Shown in pieces: positions 63,757 to 64,000 of a DNA stretch of 64,000 bases; within the stretch, counting starts at the first letter, position 1; each line of letters starts with the position of its first letter. Under the pieces are notes generated by a model. It saw only the letters and a program-made list of their open reading frames with translations, was not told the DNA's origin and searched no databases. Source of the stretch: an uncultured Muribaculaceae bacterium. Lineage in GTDB: Bacteria > Bacteroidota > Bacteroidia > Bacteroidales > UBA932. Where the stretch lies: positions 2,624 to 66,623 of the forward strand of contig CAZRBY010000006.1 of NCBI GenBank assembly GCA_964598495.1, given 5' to 3'. Made by a program: the position numbers and the translations under genes.

Positions 63757-63765
63757 ACATAGGGA

Positions 63766-64000
63766 ATGAAATACGGAATCACATTATTTTTCACTACGGC
63801 TGCAATAGTGCTCTCCTTCTCCTCTTGCGGAGGCTTGTCCGATAAAATAGTATCTCTTGCCGACTATTCGACATCCATCTCCCTGCCTCAGGAAAAGAGA
63901 AGCACCCTACGGGAAATCACCATACCGCAGGTCGTGCGCGATACCTCGGTGGTCGAAGACGATAAGGGAAACTCATACCACCTTATGAGGGCAATTAGAG
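63766..64000 (+). CDS. lipoprotein of unknown function, N-terminal fragment (runs off the window)
   Basis: The ATG at 63766 gives MKYGITLFFTTAAIVLSFSSCGGLSDK..., with a lipobox (FSSC). The frame is open to nt 64000. It sits directly downstream of DUF3575, a position often held by fimbria-associated lipoproteins in Bacteroidales. Confidence 0.5.
   Translation, partial: MKYGITLFFTTAAIVLSFSSCGGLSDKIVSLADYSTSISLPQEKRSTLREITIPQVVRDTSVVEDDKGNSYHLMRAIR

Overview
About 64 kb of chromosome that looks like Bacteroidota, probably Bacteroidales. This is inferred from TAnnTTTG-type promoter motifs close to several start codons, a CarboxypepD_reg-type TonB-dependent receptor, DUF3575 and fimbrillin-like lipoproteins, and many Cys-lipobox signal peptides. 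An Odoribacter/Butyricimonas/Porphyromonas-like origin is only a guess from gene content. Gene order: (1) 1-10766, minus strand, a complete lysine-to-butyrate fermentation operon (atoD-kal-kce-kdd-kamA-[P-loop ORF]-[MutS-like ATPase]-kamD-kamE-atoA-thiolase). (2) 10.9-18.3 kb, envelope and lipid housekeeping genes (DUF2807 lipoprotein, OmpA-like, acyltransferase, M28 peptidase, acyl-CoA ligase, queA). (3) A 600-bp AT-rich ORF-free region carrying an array of TTACA-N2-TGTAA motifs upstream of an XRE-type HTH gene, followed by pyrD and cinA. (4) 22-39 kb, housekeeping genes (serine hydrolase, guaD, fsa/tal, dipeptidase, ECF sigma/anti-sigma/DUF2807, rlmB, ABC-F, tatCA, valS, maf, kdsC, recQ, pckA). 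(5) An Oar-like TonB-dependent receptor. (6) A metX-thrA-metY-asd operon. (7) DUF1846. (8) From about 50.3 kb, a visibly more AT-rich accessory-looking stretch. It holds a tandem-HTH protein, a small unknown ORF, a 1002-aa fimbrillin-like/Big_2 surface lipoprotein, DUF2202 and an OM barrel. It also holds a tightly packed six-gene operon (LolA-like periplasmic protein, two FtsX-type permeases, ABC ATPase, dedicated OM barrel, lipase-like lipoprotein), which I consider the best candidate for an uncharacterised system. (9) A probable decayed gene and the start of a DUF3575-led locus. No rRNA, tRNA, CRISPR, integrase or transposase was recognised. Several intergenic spacers carry unusual heptad-periodic, strand-asymmetric microsatellites (ACTACAT/ATGTAGT, TGTGTAG) and a family of about 60-nt palindromic elements with a conserved centre. 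All protein family calls come from reading the translations by eye; no database search was run.
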